A DNA stretch of 64,000 bases from Rhina ancylostomus (Eukaryota). This document shows, one piece after another, positions 36,849 to 50,479 of the stretch. The stretch spans positions 26,821,593 to 26,885,592 of the forward strand of contig JARFYF010000017.1 in assembly GCA_030265395.1 (NCBI GenBank), in the 5' to 3' direction. Position 1 is the stretch's first letter; every line of letters starts with the position of its first letter. The position numbers and the translations under genes are program-made. The notes under the pieces were generated by a model. That model was not told the DNA's origin, ran no database searches, and saw only the letters and a list, made by a program, of their open reading frames with translations.

Positions 36849-36884
36849 AAATAGTTGCATGTGTTCTAGCAGCTCGATGTGTTA

Positions 36885-37105
36885 TCAGGATATCTCCAAA
36901 CACTTTAAAACTAACAAATTACTTTTTCAACTGCAGCCTGTGCTGTTGTGTGAGCAAGTGTGCCAATCAGTTCCAGCCAAGGGAAATGACCATTTAATTT
37001 GTTTGGTTTGCAAGAGATGTTTGTGATGTTTGTAGAGGGTAGGAAGCAAGATAGACAGCCAGCACTTAGCAACTGAGAAGTGTTTTCTACGGTCACCTGA
37101 GGATA
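36885..37105 (-). mobile_element. Deu-domain SINE fragment (SacSINE1/AmnSINE-like)
   Basis: tcaggatatctccaaacacttta...ttactttt...aatgaccatttaat...gtgatgtttgtagaggg...cacctgagg. Confidence 0.5.
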
Positions 37106-39599
37106 GTTGATATAATATGTGCAGGTAAGGAAGAAACCAGGTGTTCAGAAACAAGGCCCAAAAAATGTCAGGACTGTACTCTGGAGTTGGCACGTCATGT
37201 CAGTTGGAAGGAACTAGTCTTGACAGCACTAATGTCTGGGGTTCCTGGAAAATATGCTGGACTACAAAACATTTTGATTGGATGTGCAGTGGCAGCGTTA
37301 GGGAATAGGCAAGACCTGTCAAAACAAAAAATGGTTGAGCATTGGTGGTCCATCAACTACCTAAAATTTCAGCTTTGACTGAAAAGGTTAGAAAAATCTT
37401 CCTTGTGGTTGTATTGCTTTGAAAGGATTTAATAAATTAGTTTTCTACAATTTCAAGGAGGGAAATGTTTTTTCTTTTACCCTCCGTCATGGAATTCTTA
37501 CCATAAGGATCACTCTGGGCATTCCCAGATGTGTGCCAGTATTGGAGAATAGAACAGAACCAGGAGGAAAAGGAAATGAGAGAAGAACAAGGACTAAGCC
37601 AACTCCACGGAAGGCAACTTTCCACCATGGGCCAAAACCAATAATCCCTTGAGGATCTCTCAGAAAGGTTCTGCTTAAGGACTTATTCACTAGGGACAAA
37701 TCCTCTCTTATGCTGCAATAAGGTGATGCCTAAAGGTCAGAGCTGCTAATAATGCTTGATTATACAGTGGTATCATGAGTATCTTAAGACCAAAGTCACA
37801 AGGCCAGCCTCAAGGGTTCTGAGTTCTGGAAGAACTTTTCATCAAGCTGTTTTGTCACTGCAAGCATCTGGGCAACCTACTCCTCTGCCTGCAACCAACA
37901 TCAGTGGGCATCTGACCCAGTTATCTGAAACAGTCACATAAGTTTCCCTTGAGAGCTGTTGGCATAATTAGGCACATCACTCCTACTATATCCTCACTCT
38001 TAGGGGACCTGAGGTAATAGGAGAACAGAAGAGATTATTAGATCTGCTGAACCCTCAGAGACATCACATTCACATTCCTAGATTACAGTTGCTATTGTAC
38101 CCTCAATATCTCTCCCTGTGAGATGCTGGAAAGTAGTTGGTAATTCAAACCAACAGCAAGAGTACATTACTAAATAAAAGAAAATCTTCTGGTGTCTAAA
38201 CAGATTCTTCTCACTGTCCACAAGGGCAAAACACACTATCCAGCAGGTTCCATGCTAACCAATGCTGCAACAGCAGAGAGGCCATTTGGGCAGATGATAC
38301 AATTGTTAACATGGTACCAACCCAATTGTCACATATATTACAGTTCCCCAAAGTCTGAAGATCAGTAGTCAAAGAACCTGCATTAAATACCTTNNNNNNN
38401 NNNNNNNNNNNNNNNNNNNNNNNNNNNNNNNNNNNNNNNNNNNNNNNNNNNNNNNNNNNNNNNNNNNNNNNNNNNNNNNNNNNNNNNNNNNNNNNNNNNN
38501 NNNNNNNNNNNNNNNNNNNNNNNNNNNNNNNNNNNNNNNNNNNNNNNNNNNNNNNNNNNNNNNNNNNNNNNNNNNNNNNNNNNNNNNNNNNNNNNNNNNN
38601 NNNNNNNNNNNNNNNNNNNNNNNNNNNNNNNNNNNNNNNNNNNNNNNNNNNNNNNNATTCAAGATGGTCCTCAATGACCCCGTGGGAAAGTTATTCCTTT
38701 TGTCCATGAGTACCCTTGATGTCCAAGTTTGCAGACTGTGGAACTAAGAGCTGACCTCTGTGGAAGTCCTTTACCCCACACTTCCATTTCATTTGAAGAA
38801 TCTCCATTGAATTAATTCATTTTAGTTAGCTTTCTTGGAACTGGTGAGGAGGAGAGCCAGGTTGATGAATGACATGGATGGACACTTGAGTGGACTATGA
38901 GTTGTTGGCATGGCTGGGTACATAGTTAGTCAAGGAAATGTGGAAAAGGGCTTTACCTTTATCCTCCCCTTCCCCCACCTCTCAGCAGAATCTACTGAAA
39001 AGTAATCACAGCTTCACTGAGATATGATAATGTATTTAAATGAAGAGTTCTTTTGTTTTCCATCTAGAAAGGCTGAGGACTTAATTTGTTAGTAATAGTC
39101 CAAATCTCTTTAAATTATTTTTTGTTCTACAATACACTTTTAGCACATACCACCATAATTAATCTGTGCATTGCTCAGGATTACAATGCAATGAACAAAT
39201 GCCTAGAAAATGGATTTCACTTTTTTATGCTGTGGCAAACATGCACTCCATATAGCACTTACATCCAATGGATCACAAGTGAAAAAATGATGACTTTGCT
39301 CAAAAATGCAATGCATGCACAGCGCACATCAATGAAGTCTCTGCGCCTGATAGGTGTGTACCTATGGGCGGGGGGGGAGAGTTGGGGAGGGGGAGGGGTG
39401 ATGCAGACAACCGAATCNNNNNNNNNNNNNNNNNNNNNNNNNNNNNNNNNNNNNNNNNNNNNNNNNNNNNNNNNNNNNNNNNNNNNNNNNNNNNNNNNNN
39501 NNNNNNNNNNNNNNNNNTGGGGAGGGGGAGGGGTGATGCAGACAACAGAATCACGTTTTTGTAGAACTGATGGCTGCCTGCATGCATGGTAAATTTTTT

Positions 39600-39850
39600 A
39601 ATTTTTTAGATTTTATTTACTTACAGCTTGGTAACAGGCCCTTATGGCCCAATGAGTCCGCGCCGCCCATTTTAAACCCCAAATTAATCTACCCATATGT
39701 CTTAAGAATGTGGGAGGAAACCGGAGCACCAAGAGGAAACCCACTCAGACGCGGGAGAATGTCCAAACTCCTTACAGACAGCAATGGGAATCAAACCCCG
39801 ATTGCTGGCACTGTAATAACGTCACACTAACCGCTATGCTACCATGCCAT
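39600..39850 (-). mobile_element. Young V-SINE
   Basis: ggtaacaggccctt...gaatgtgggaggaaaccggagcacc...caaactccttacagaca...ctaaccgctatgctacc; CpGs are retained. Confidence 0.92.
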
Positions 39851-39949
39851 CCCAACGCAACAATATTGAAAAATACCAAGACACAACATGCTCACTGCTC
39901 CTCACTTAAATAGTCATACATACAATCAACCTGTGCAAATTCGGTTCCT

Positions 39950-40200
39950 GAATGAACTCTCTCATGCTGTGGTGAGCAGAATTCCATGAGAATATTGTTC
40001 ACCAAAGAAGTCTCAAGAGGATTTGGGATCTCAGGAGACTTTGTTGGCGTACGTGCTTTTGAAATGAACATGCCTTTGCTTAATTCCTTGCATTCCCTGG
40101 CCCATCCTGAGTGGTCAGAGTTGGGCATTAAAATATCTCCAGTAATGGAATGCTGCCAGTTTCCTGTTAATTGTAGCACACTCTGTGGATTTTGGAATAT
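39950..40200 (-). mobile_element. Possible LINE AP-endonuclease fragment
   Basis: ITGD[frameshift]FNAQL and NNILMEFC resemble APE GDFNA / NGxxLLxFC motifs. Confidence 0.35.
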
Positions 40201-43200
40201 GTTTTGAGCAGTGAGCTCTGAAGGCATAAGAGACTGCAGGTGCTGAAATCTATAGCCACAAGCAAGATGCTGGAGGAACTCAATGGATCAGGCAGCATCT
40301 GTGCAGGGAAATAGACAGTTGACATTCTGAATATACCCAGTCAGATCTCCCAATTTCAGAATGCCCCTTGAAGGATAAATGCAATAGAGTTAGTGTTATG
40401 TGCTGTTGGATCTACTGTGGATTGGTCAATTAAAGTCACAGGTTGTACCTAAAATCTCCAATTTATGCCAGTAATGGTAGAAACATGTGGTGCATGCTTT
40501 GTGATGTCATCAGGTGTGAGACTGATGTGGAAACACATTGGACATGTTAATGTGATCTGCACACGGAAGTGCCCAGACCAATTACCCGATGGGCTTGATT
40601 TCAACCGACAATGATTGCTCACACAAGGCAACCCAGATTAAATCACTTTTAATAGATGCAATTTCTAAGCTACAATTTACTCTGTTCATAAATAATGGGA
40701 GAAACATTAAATATTTCATCAGAATTTATCAGCCATAACAAAATTGCTGCAATGCATAGTTTTGGAACTTCTGATTCCTTTGAATGTTCGCTGGAACAGC
40801 AGAAGCAGTAATTCCAATGCTGCTGTAACAATGATCCTTTAATACTTTTAAAGCTGCTAACCAGCCAATTAAATTGTATAAAAGCTCCAACATTTATTAA
40901 ACTAACTGTGGAGTGCACAAGTTCTGTTGTAAAGGGATCAACACAAATCAAGAAAATCCTTGGTAACTAAAAGGCTATAATCTGCTAATTCTATAACTGC
41001 ATTTCTAACTTTCCTCATTTAAAAATATTCAAAATACAGTAATTTATTATATTATAGTACTCACAGCCATCTAAATTCTTGACATAACAAGGAGGAAGAT
41101 AACTGAGTTTTTTTTGCTAGTTTATTTGCTGTTCCACTTTAACCATATCTGACTGACTCAGTTCAGCACCATTCTGTTTCACTCACTCAGACCGCAATCT
41201 GCTCAATATTTCCTCATGGTAACACTATCATGTGAGAGAATGATCTTTTGTATTTATGTGACAGAGCAGGTTCCACTGCTTGCTTAAACAGGGGTTTGGT
41301 TAATTTGAAATACACAGAGAGATCAACACAATGAACATAAACCAATGGAAAAATAACTTGTTCAAGATAAAGACAAATAAAAAAAACTACCAACAGAGAT
41401 AAGATAATCCTTTAAACATTTGAATTAATGTGATTATTTTTCAATAAAATTTACTAACACAGCATGTCAGTAAGTTTAAGGAGAGTAGTCACAGTTTAAT
41501 TCAGTTTTATGAAATATTATATGGTATATAAAAACTGACCCATTCAAGGTTCAAATTATGATTTCAGTTGAACTTTGATGATGTAATTGGAGACTGATTT
41601 ATACATATAAAATGGATGCTACGGACTTTGTTAGCCATCTTTACCACTCGCAATATGAAATTGCAATTGAATTGACTGTGAAGCGAAACCAATGGGTACA
41701 TCTTCCTGTCCCCTCTATTGTTACCCTCCTCGCCCCTTTTAAATTTATATTTCAATTCAACATTTGCCTTTTTGAAGACTATTAATTTACAAGCATGAAA
41801 GATGAGTTTGATTTCCTTGCCATTGCCAGAGTAGTGGTACAGATTAATGCTTGTGGAACTGTAAGATAGATAACATAGACATACACAGTTTGATCATTTT
41901 AATTTTGGACACAGGCAGAAAACTGCTGGCTTCAGATCAGCTTCTCATCATGCACCCCACATGGACATCATTTCAAAGGTTTAAGATATAGGGTGTAGAG
42001 CAGCTGAAGAGTTTTCTATCCGTACCTACAGCGAAAAAGACCCTTGTGTCTATTTTGTAGAATAGGATTGAAATACATTGCTCTCCCTTTGGATCTTTTT
42101 TGCAATGAAATTGAATCCAACTCACTATCCCACACAAATCATCTAATTTTGGATGTGTAATGTAATACTTATTCAGAAGATTTTACATTATTGTCGAATT
42201 TCCAAACTTGTGTTCCTGATGGGTGGTGAATAATCAGTTAATAAGTTTCACTTGTGAGCAAATAAGCTCTGTGCTAAATGATTGTTTGGGTGTCTTCAAA
42301 TTATCCAGAGATATTCTACAAGCAGTATCATCTTGGATATGATTGGCAATCCTGCTGCTGGATTCTTGTCCATTCCTCCAGCTGTTTTGACAGTACTTCC
42401 TTTATTATGTATGGTTCTATTGCTGATACTGTATTTTTCTCTGCTCACCACTGAGTATTGGAGTGGAGACACATTTATCTGCACTGTATGGGTGACTGGC
42501 TGTGTCTCTATGATGCAAGCTTGTCTCTGTTATAGCTTCCTAAAAACTCAATAAAATGTTATTTACAATCACAAAAAAAAGAAATTGAGTCTTGTAATTG
42601 AAGTTTTCAGAGACGTAAGATTTAGAATTTTTATTGCCTCTATTTTCTTGTTCACACTTACCTTACCTACAGCTGAAGTGCATGACAGCAATTCCACTAA
42701 CTACATCAGTTGGTTTGGGCTGCTAATTAAAACGACTTTACACCATTTGACTACTATTGATTCAGAGTAGTTCAAACGTTTGTAAAAGGTCTCACTGTGA
42801 AAACATATGAACTACATACAAGTATACATAAAAGAAAATCATTTATAATGCAGAGATGCAAGTCCATATTGATTTTCCAGCACACCATCTAAATAAGATG
42901 TTTTTATGTTATGTAAATATTGTCATGGTTAAAGGGCTTTTTTTCCCATTGCTGCTAAAACACTTGATATAGAAACAAATCTGTTAAGAAGTGGACTTTT
43001 TATGTGTCAGATATGACAAAACCGGATATTAGACAAGGTCAACTCTTGAGTCTTGATTATGCATTTTCAATGCCCCAAGCTATGAGAAATTGATTCAAAC
43101 ACCTTGTTTAACTTGTTTTCTTACTCATTTGTGACAAGTAACAACATCTCACATCGAAGGACATGTCATTTTAATAAATTGCCAGTTAGGAAGTAGAAAT

Positions 43201-45244
43201 TAAATAATTTAATAAATGAACTTAAAAAAATGAGGAGTAAATAATGCCACCAGTGGTTTCTGTGGTTCCACTGATTATTCTGTCACACAAAGTGCTGTAG
43301 ATCCCCAAGTGTGTTGTCATTAATCAACAGAACCAATCGGCTAACTAATTTAGGCAATATTCTTTACCACAGGACATGAACGTCAACAGAGACATATTAA
43401 AATAGTATTAGATCAATACCAGACACCAGGTATCTGCCATCTTTTGTATTCTGTGCTCTACCATTAGTACACCACATAATCCTATACAGTTAGTTAGCTC
43501 TTACCAATGAAGTCACATTATATAGTGGATAACAACAGATTTATGTTTATTTAAAGGGCTTGTACCAACAGTATCTCAGGGTGGTCCATTATTGTAGCAA
43601 TATATGTTTCAAATACCTTAAAAATATTTTATTGAAGATATTTGTCCCAGTCAAACTAATATATTTATGACTTCTACTGTATCTTTATCAAATGCGGCTC
43701 ATTGCAAAGCACTGCAATATGATTTACTAACTACATGTGATGCTGTTGTACATGCGTAAGAAGAATGTTTTTCAAATACATTATTTTAATTGTTTTGCCT
43801 CAACATGCTGCTCAAAGAAATGCACTGACAAAACAAGATAAGCATAATGTTGTTCCCTCTGGAGCCTCTTGTGGTGTTTTGCACAGCAGAAGAAAAGTTA
43901 GTGCAGCTGCTAGCATATTGGGAATACACTTTAAGGTCAGCCTAGCTATTGTTCTTACTAACCCATGGACACTGGTAAAGTATTTCTTCCTAGATATATG
44001 CCTCAGTGATTCCCTTAACTAATATAATGCAGCTTTCTTCAGAACCAGGGGAAATGTTTAATAGAAGATGATTGTAATGGCAGAATTTGTAATAACAAAC
44101 CTTGACTGTAGCATTAAATAGACTGCTACCATTATTTCTTGCTATCAAAATGATGGAACATTCTGAATAACACACTTCTAATTTCAGATTCCAACAAATG
44201 GCTTAGTGATTTTATTTTGTCCATGCTTAGCCTTGAAAATGTATTTCATGTATTAGAAACTCCAAATAAATATTTTAACTCAAGAGATGCTTCTTTTGAT
44301 CAAATATATGAATTAGAAATAGTTACTGTGAAATAAATAGGATAGATTGCTGTACATGGAAGTGGTTAGATTTGGAATTGCTTGCAAAGAAAGTTGACCG
44401 GAAATGCTGGATTTGGGCTTTAATTAGAGCTATTAATGAGATTTGGAATGGAGGAAGATAACTTTTACACTGCAAACTCAATGCCTCCTTTAAGATGTAG
44501 AATAACAATGCCTTTCGTAGATGGAGTATGATGGCGTTTTGAGTTTACTATTTATTATCATGGCTTCTGCATATAACCAGTACCGATCACAATGTTGACT
44601 GGTTGCATGCGTCAACAAGGGGGCAATATTTTAACTTGTCATTACTGAAAGCTTGCTTACACCTCTTAAAGGCGAAGTGCATGATAGCTGGAGTAGCTGG
44701 TGGAAGCTCTTTGTGAGATGAATTTGCTCTGGGAAAGTAAGAAGAAATAAGAATATTTGAATTAGTTCCCTGATTTTGTGACTCTATACTTATTGGTGCA
44801 GGAGATGGAAAGGAGAAGAGATATTTTGTATCTGTAGGGAGCTGGGAGGCCTCCCAGGTACATAGTGAAAAGACAGTGGGAGCACTTAGCCATGGAGGTC
44901 AATGTCAAGTGTGCAGTGCCAAGGTCAAAGTAAAGGATGCAGTATTGCATAAAGTTTAATGATATTACATGGAGTCAAAGTCAATGAAATGCATTGACAA
45001 AAGCCAAGTGCTACCACGTGAGCACCAGTTTCATTCACAAGTCAAGGGACCACCTTCTTCTTCTGTCCCTCCACAAGTCACAGATCTTTCCATTGATCGG
45101 CAGAACATAAATAATGTGGGTCAGTGAGATTTTGAACTGTGCATGAGCCATTAAGGCACCACTCCCTTATCCCTCAACTACTAAAAATCTTCATCAACCA
45201 GGACTCAACAGTAACATTCATATGTTTCACTGCACTCTCAGAGA

Positions 45245-45420
45245 GTCATAGAATCATACACTCTTAGTGCATGGAAACAGGCTCATCGGCCCAACTGGTC
45301 CATGCCAACCAAGATGCCCATAGAAGCTAGTCCCATTTGCCTGTGTTTGTCCCATATCCTTCCAAACCTTTCCTATCTATGTACCTGCCCAACTGTCTTT
45401 TAAAAGTTGTTATTGTACCT
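45245..45420 (-). mobile_element. CR1 3' end
   Basis: gtcatagaatcata...ggaaacaggctcatcggcccaactggtccatgccaacc...agtcccatttgcctg. Confidence 0.85.
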
Positions 45421-45764
45421 CTTACAAGCTAAGAACTGTTGCAAGCTTCACATTGACAGCTTACAGGTTCACATGCCACCTTTACAACAATAACAGCCAA
45501 GTCAGTCAAATGTCGTGGCATCTGTGACGCACTACTATTTCTCTTTCAGGATAAAGTAACACATAACTTCCAAACTGTGGCTAGTGTAAGCATGCACCTC
45601 TTCAACCCCCTACCTCTCACCACAATCTTACCCATGTGCCTTATTTTCTTCTCAGATAGCAAAGAAGGTTAGCTAGGCCAGGTCATGGGAAAGAGAGCTA
45701 TAATTAAAAGTGGTGCCAACTTTTATTTTTATATTACGCCAATGGACATTTTTATTTTTATATG

Positions 45765-46990
45765 TTCGTTTTTTGGATCTAGGCATTGCTGGCAGGGCCA
45801 GCAATTACTGCCCATTCCTAATTGCACTTGAGAAGATGGTGCTAAGTCATTCTCTTGAATGACTGCAACCTTTCCAGTGAAAGTACATCTGATGGGGGTG
45901 CTATTCATCACAATTCTGACTTGGTCTTTTCAGATGTTGGAATGATCTTGAGGATTAGGGAAGTGAGTAGCTCACTGTAAGATACCTAGTTTCTATTCTG
46001 TTTTTGGTAACCATCTGTGTATCTAGTCTAGTTAAATATTTGGCCAGAGGTGACCTTAAGGAGTTCATGATGGTGGCTTTTGGCAATGAATTCCATGGGG
46101 TGATGATAACACTTCCTTATTGTAGACGGTTATTGCCTGGCACTTGTAGGGATGAATATTAGCTGCTCGTTATCAACCCCAGCATGAGTATTATTCATGT
46201 CTTACCACATCTGTGTATGGCCTGCTTTATTAAATGAGACATTTTGAATGGAAGTGGCTGTAGTGCAAACATCAGCGAACATCCAAAACCATATCCATCT
46301 TGTTTTGTATCAGTATCCTAAAACCAGTGGAGAATTTTCCACTAACTCCCATTGAACTCCATTAATTTTTATTTTACCAGAGCTCCCTGATACCAGACTC
46401 AGGAAGAATGTGTGCCTGGAGCAGATGCACTCACTTCTGGAATTCAGTCCNNNNNNNNNNNNNNNNNNNNNNNNNNNNNNNNNNNNNNNNNNNNNNNNNN
46501 NNNNNNNNNNNNNNNNNNNNNNNNNNNNNNNNNNNNNNNNNNNNNNNNNNAATTTGATCAAAGCTATAATGAAATCTGGAGCTGCATGGTGCAGGCAGAA
46601 CACAAACTGTCAGTGATCTGATTACTGGTGAGTAAGTACAGCTTGCTCACTCTGGCAGCAACCTTTTCTATCCCTCAGGCGATAAATGAGAATTGGCCGA
46701 TGGGGTTGTAATTAGCTGTACTATTTTTGGTCTGCTTTTTGTGGGCAGGATATATCAAGGCAATTTTCCACTTTGTCGGGGAGATGACTCTGATGTAGCT
46801 GTGCTGAAACAAAAGTGGGAGGCAAGGCCAATTATGGAGCAATACTACAGTGGGATGTTGTTGGGGCCCATGCCTTTGCAACATCTGGTGCATACAGCTA
46901 TCTCTTGGTATCATGTGGAATAGAGGATGCTGGCTGAAGCATGGTGTCTGGAAGAACTGGGGCCCTCAGGACAAGGCCAGGATGGATTGT
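45765..46990 (-). mobile_element. CR1/L2-group (Zenon/Crack-like) LINE fragments
   Basis: gctggcagggccagc...gcccattcctaattgcacttgagaag tail; WKIALIYPAHKKQTKNSTANYNPI. Confidence 0.8.
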
Positions 46991-48834
46991 TTCATGCAAA
47001 GTCCAGGCAGAAAGGGATTCTCAAGGTTGCCATCTCCCTTCCTGTTCCTTACCTCTCCTTTCCTTCCCTTCCATTTTCCCTTTGCTCATGCTCCTGAGCT
47101 TCTCAACTAACAGGTATTGGCAATGCCCATTTCTTGGGATCCTGAGGTTTGGTAGCATGTAGCAGATTGCTTATAAGTCCTATGTCCAACTCAGCCAACT
47201 GATACAATGCTCACAACTTCAGTATGTTTTTGATTTGCTCTTTAACATTTGTTGTGTCAACATGACTCTCTGAATTCATGCTTCACATTTACACATGGTG
47301 TGAGATCACGAGTGCAGAGCCATGTTATCAGCAGAGAGACCTGGTCATCATCGGCCAGTGTTTGTTGTGCAATGATACCTGATACAGAAGATACTTTGCA
47401 GCTACTACCACAATGCTTGCATGACACTGCCATTAAGTTCTACACCACATTACCCGTGTTTATGCACCAGTTGCATGTCAAAGGAATGGAAGCCCTGATG
47501 ATCTGTTCCATGGCAAAATTGTTATATTGTGTCTGCAGAACAATATGCCTGAAAATTGATGGCATCCCACACCAAGGAAAGCCTGAAATCTTGAAAATTC
47601 TTGTATTCACTCTCCCTTCTTTCACTGTCAAGAACTAATGAAATGTATTTATATTTAAACAGAAACCTTTGGTAACCTCTTTTAGCCAACAGTGGAACTT
47701 ACATGATGAGAGGTTCCTAATGCCACCAGTACTGGCCTGGCGGAAGCTAGGAGTACATAAGTCCATTATCATCATTACCTCACAGTCAGTAGCAATGCGA
47801 TCCTTTCCTTGCTTCAGGGTTGAGGTTGTGGCTTAGGCAGCTGGTGACGTTCGGTGAAGACATCTTTTGTAAAGAGCAAACACCTCAAACGTTAACTGGA
47901 AAATGGTGCCCTAAAAATCTTGGGTCAATATTGTCTCCATCTAAGAGTTCTTGTCCCAACATCAACTCCCTTCTGCTTCCTCCCTCTTTCTTTCTCTTCC
48001 AGCTCTGCATGCCCTCTGCCCATTCTCCTTAACATGCTGCGCTCCAAAGACAATGTCTACTGAAATACCAAAATCTAGAAGAAACTGCTTTATAGAGATG
48101 TGCTTGTATAGTAGGCTGCAAAAATCCCCTCAACACCTAGTTTTGTAGTTTGTAGCTACTGTCGGAAGCTTGTGGAGTGACAGTAAAAGCTAGAAATTTA
48201 AGATACAAGACCACAAATGTAGTTATCTGCGAATTATTCTTAGGACCATGTGGTAATACAAGTAGAAGTAGGGAGATGATGGCAGGTTAATATGTAACTG
48301 GAGGCTAGGTGCAGAGGCGAGGGCTTCAGATTCCTGGCACATGAATAACAGAGCTGGAACCTATATTCTTGTGAGTAGGTTAAATGGTGTTATGGGGGTG
48401 GGTTTAAATTAATTCAGCAGGAAATGGGCATCGTGCTGTAGTATTGAAAACTGAAAGCAAGCTGCAGAGGGACAGTTAGAGCTAAAAATGGACCAGATTT
48501 TTTTACAAGGAGGTCTAAGTTATATATGGAGTACATATATACAAATGTGCACAGTGTTGTTATTGAGGTAGGGAGTTGCAGGCCTTCGAACCAGTTGGGA
48601 ATATAATGTAATGCTTGTGACTGAAAACTGGCTTAGAAAAGGAGGGGATTGGATGTTCAACATTCCCTAGTACAAGGCATTCAGAGAAATTAACGAAGGT
48701 AAACGGAGGGCGAGAAGTTATGATCAGGTGAAACGTTTTATGTAACAAGGGAGTAATCTTGATAGGCCAAAGACTGAATCTAATTGTTTAGGTTTAAGAA
48801 GCAATAAAGAAGCTATTATACTACTTGCTATTTC

Positions 48835-49002
48835 TGAATGGTCCATGAACCCATGAACTCTACCTCATTATTCCTTTTTTGCACAATTTTATTTATTTAT
48901 TTTTTGGTAACTTATAATTTTTATGTCTTGCACTGTACTGCTGCTGCAAAACAACAAATTTCACGATGTATGTCAGTGATGATAAACCTGCTTCTGATTC
49001 TA
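48835..49002 (+). mobile_element. Rex1/Babar LINE 3' end
   Basis: cttgcactgtactgctgctgcaaaacaacaaatttcacg...gtcagtgatgataaacctgcttctgattc. Confidence 0.85.
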
Positions 49003-49229
49003 TAATTCAGCAAACAGAGGGAAGAAAATAAAGGAGAGTGTAAAGAAGTGTAAAGAGTGTAAAGGAGAGGGAGAAGTGCAAGAGCTGCATGGTAGCCACG
49101 GAGTCACCATAACAGAGAATGGGGATATTNNNNNNNNNNNNNNNNNNNNNNNNNNNNNNNNNNNNNNNNNNNNNNNNNNNNNNNNNNNNNNNNNNNNNNN
49201 NNNNNNNNNNNNNNNNNNNNNNNNNNNNN

Positions 49230-50460
49230 ATTCAACCCATCAAGTCCACACCAGCTCTCAGTGGAAAAAACTAGTTAGTCTTATTCTGCTCTTCTACCTC
49301 CCAAGTCCTGCAAGTTTATTTCACTCAAGTGCCTTTCCAACTTCCTTCTCATAAATAGTGAGTTTCAGGTCATTTAAACTGGCACCTAAAGTAGTTCTTC
49401 CTCATATCTGTTCTGTAAAACTTGCAGAAAACCTTAAATCTCTGCCCCCTAATTCTTGTATCATCAACAAATAAGAATAGATTTTCTTTGCCTGTTTTCT
49501 AAACCTGTCATAATCTCATATATCTCCATCAAACTTCTCCTCAGCTTTCCATGCTCAAAGGAAAACTTTGCCAGCTCCACCTCACCTAACATTGTAGGTA
49601 AACTCCCTCATCCCTAGAACCATTCTGGTAAATTCACTTCTTCCATAAAAGCAGAGTACCTGAACTTGGCCTGATGCTTAACCTGAGCTGTATGAAGTTT
49701 CAGCATAATTCCCTTGGTTTTGCACTCCAAATTTATGAACCTCAAATCTTATATGATTTATTCAATATGCACTCATTATGTTCTGCAACTATAAAAAATC
49801 TATCCATAAGAACCTCTAGATCCCTGTGTTCCTGCACACTCATTAGAACAACGTCATTAAGTCTATATTGCCTTTTTTCATTCTTTCTGCTAAAATGAAT
49901 TACCTCACACTTCTCTGCATTAAATTTCAATTGCCATTGGACTGCCTATTCTGCAGCCTATATGGTCAATTGGCATTATCTTTGCCCCATGTGACACCTC
50001 CAAGTTTGGTATCATTGGTAAATTTTGAAATTATCCAAGTCAAATGAAAACATAGTTATCACAACACTGACCCTGTCTACTGTCCTCTAGACTTTGAAAC
50101 AACTGTTTGACATGATTTTCTGCTTTCAGTCCTTAAGCTACTTTTTTTTCCAAACAGACATTGACCATTCCATGAACTTCTGTTTTGTTAACCAGTCTTT
50201 CAAATGCAATATTTTGTCGAGTGTCTTCTCAAAATCCATGTGGAAAGCATCCACTACATTATCGTTATTAATTTTCTCAGTTACTTCATCAAAAGCTCAA
50301 GTAGGATAAGTCAAATACCTTTTACAGTCCTTTTACAAATCTTTTACAAGTCTACCTTTTACAAATCCATGCTGGATCTCCCTAATTACATTGAACATTT
50401 TCATGATTGTTATGTTTTTCTCTAATAATAATTTCCAACATCTTAACCATCACTGATGTG
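49230..50460 (-). mobile_element. CR1 RT fragment (antisense, nested)
   Basis: MKFNAEKCEVIHFSRKNEKRQYRLN...EHRDLEVL. Confidence 0.9.
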
Positions 50461-50479
50461 AAAATTTTTGAAGCATTCA

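Larger units (their letters stand above)
33133..36880 (+). mobile_element. Decayed Ty3/Gypsy LTR retrotransposon provirus (Mag-like)
   Basis: 5' LTR TG..CA at 33133-33303; PBS TGGCAACAAGG at 33307; RNase H IAFASHTLKKGDRN...EKDAL..VFGLKRFHQ; integrase VHVEY...DSHSKWIEV and HPNGKAERS; C-terminal RKPIERLNL*; PPT aaagggaag at 36475; 3' LTR from ~36487. Confidence 0.85.
44760..48060. mobile_element. Two-gene Harbinger fossil (Myb/SANT ORF on +, transposase on -)
   Basis: Plus 44765-44975 reads LLVQEMERRRDILYL*GAGRPPRYIVKRQWEHLAMEVN...QYCIKFNDIT, with a possible next exon QDKVTHN at ~45548. Minus 47100-48060 reads FTKDVFTE..., SFRQAS, KISGFP, SLLITWL. Confidence 0.8.

Noticed and set aside
37980-38350. 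Another possible Harbinger transposase relic on the minus strand
   Set aside because: Motif resemblance is too weak to support by eye.
42282-42584. Hydrophobic 90-aa ORF followed by AATAAA and an A-run; alternatively a 91-nt minus-strand exon at 42449-42539
   Set aside because: No recognisable protein family, no TSD and no partner exons; the signals are compatible with chance in AT-rich DNA.
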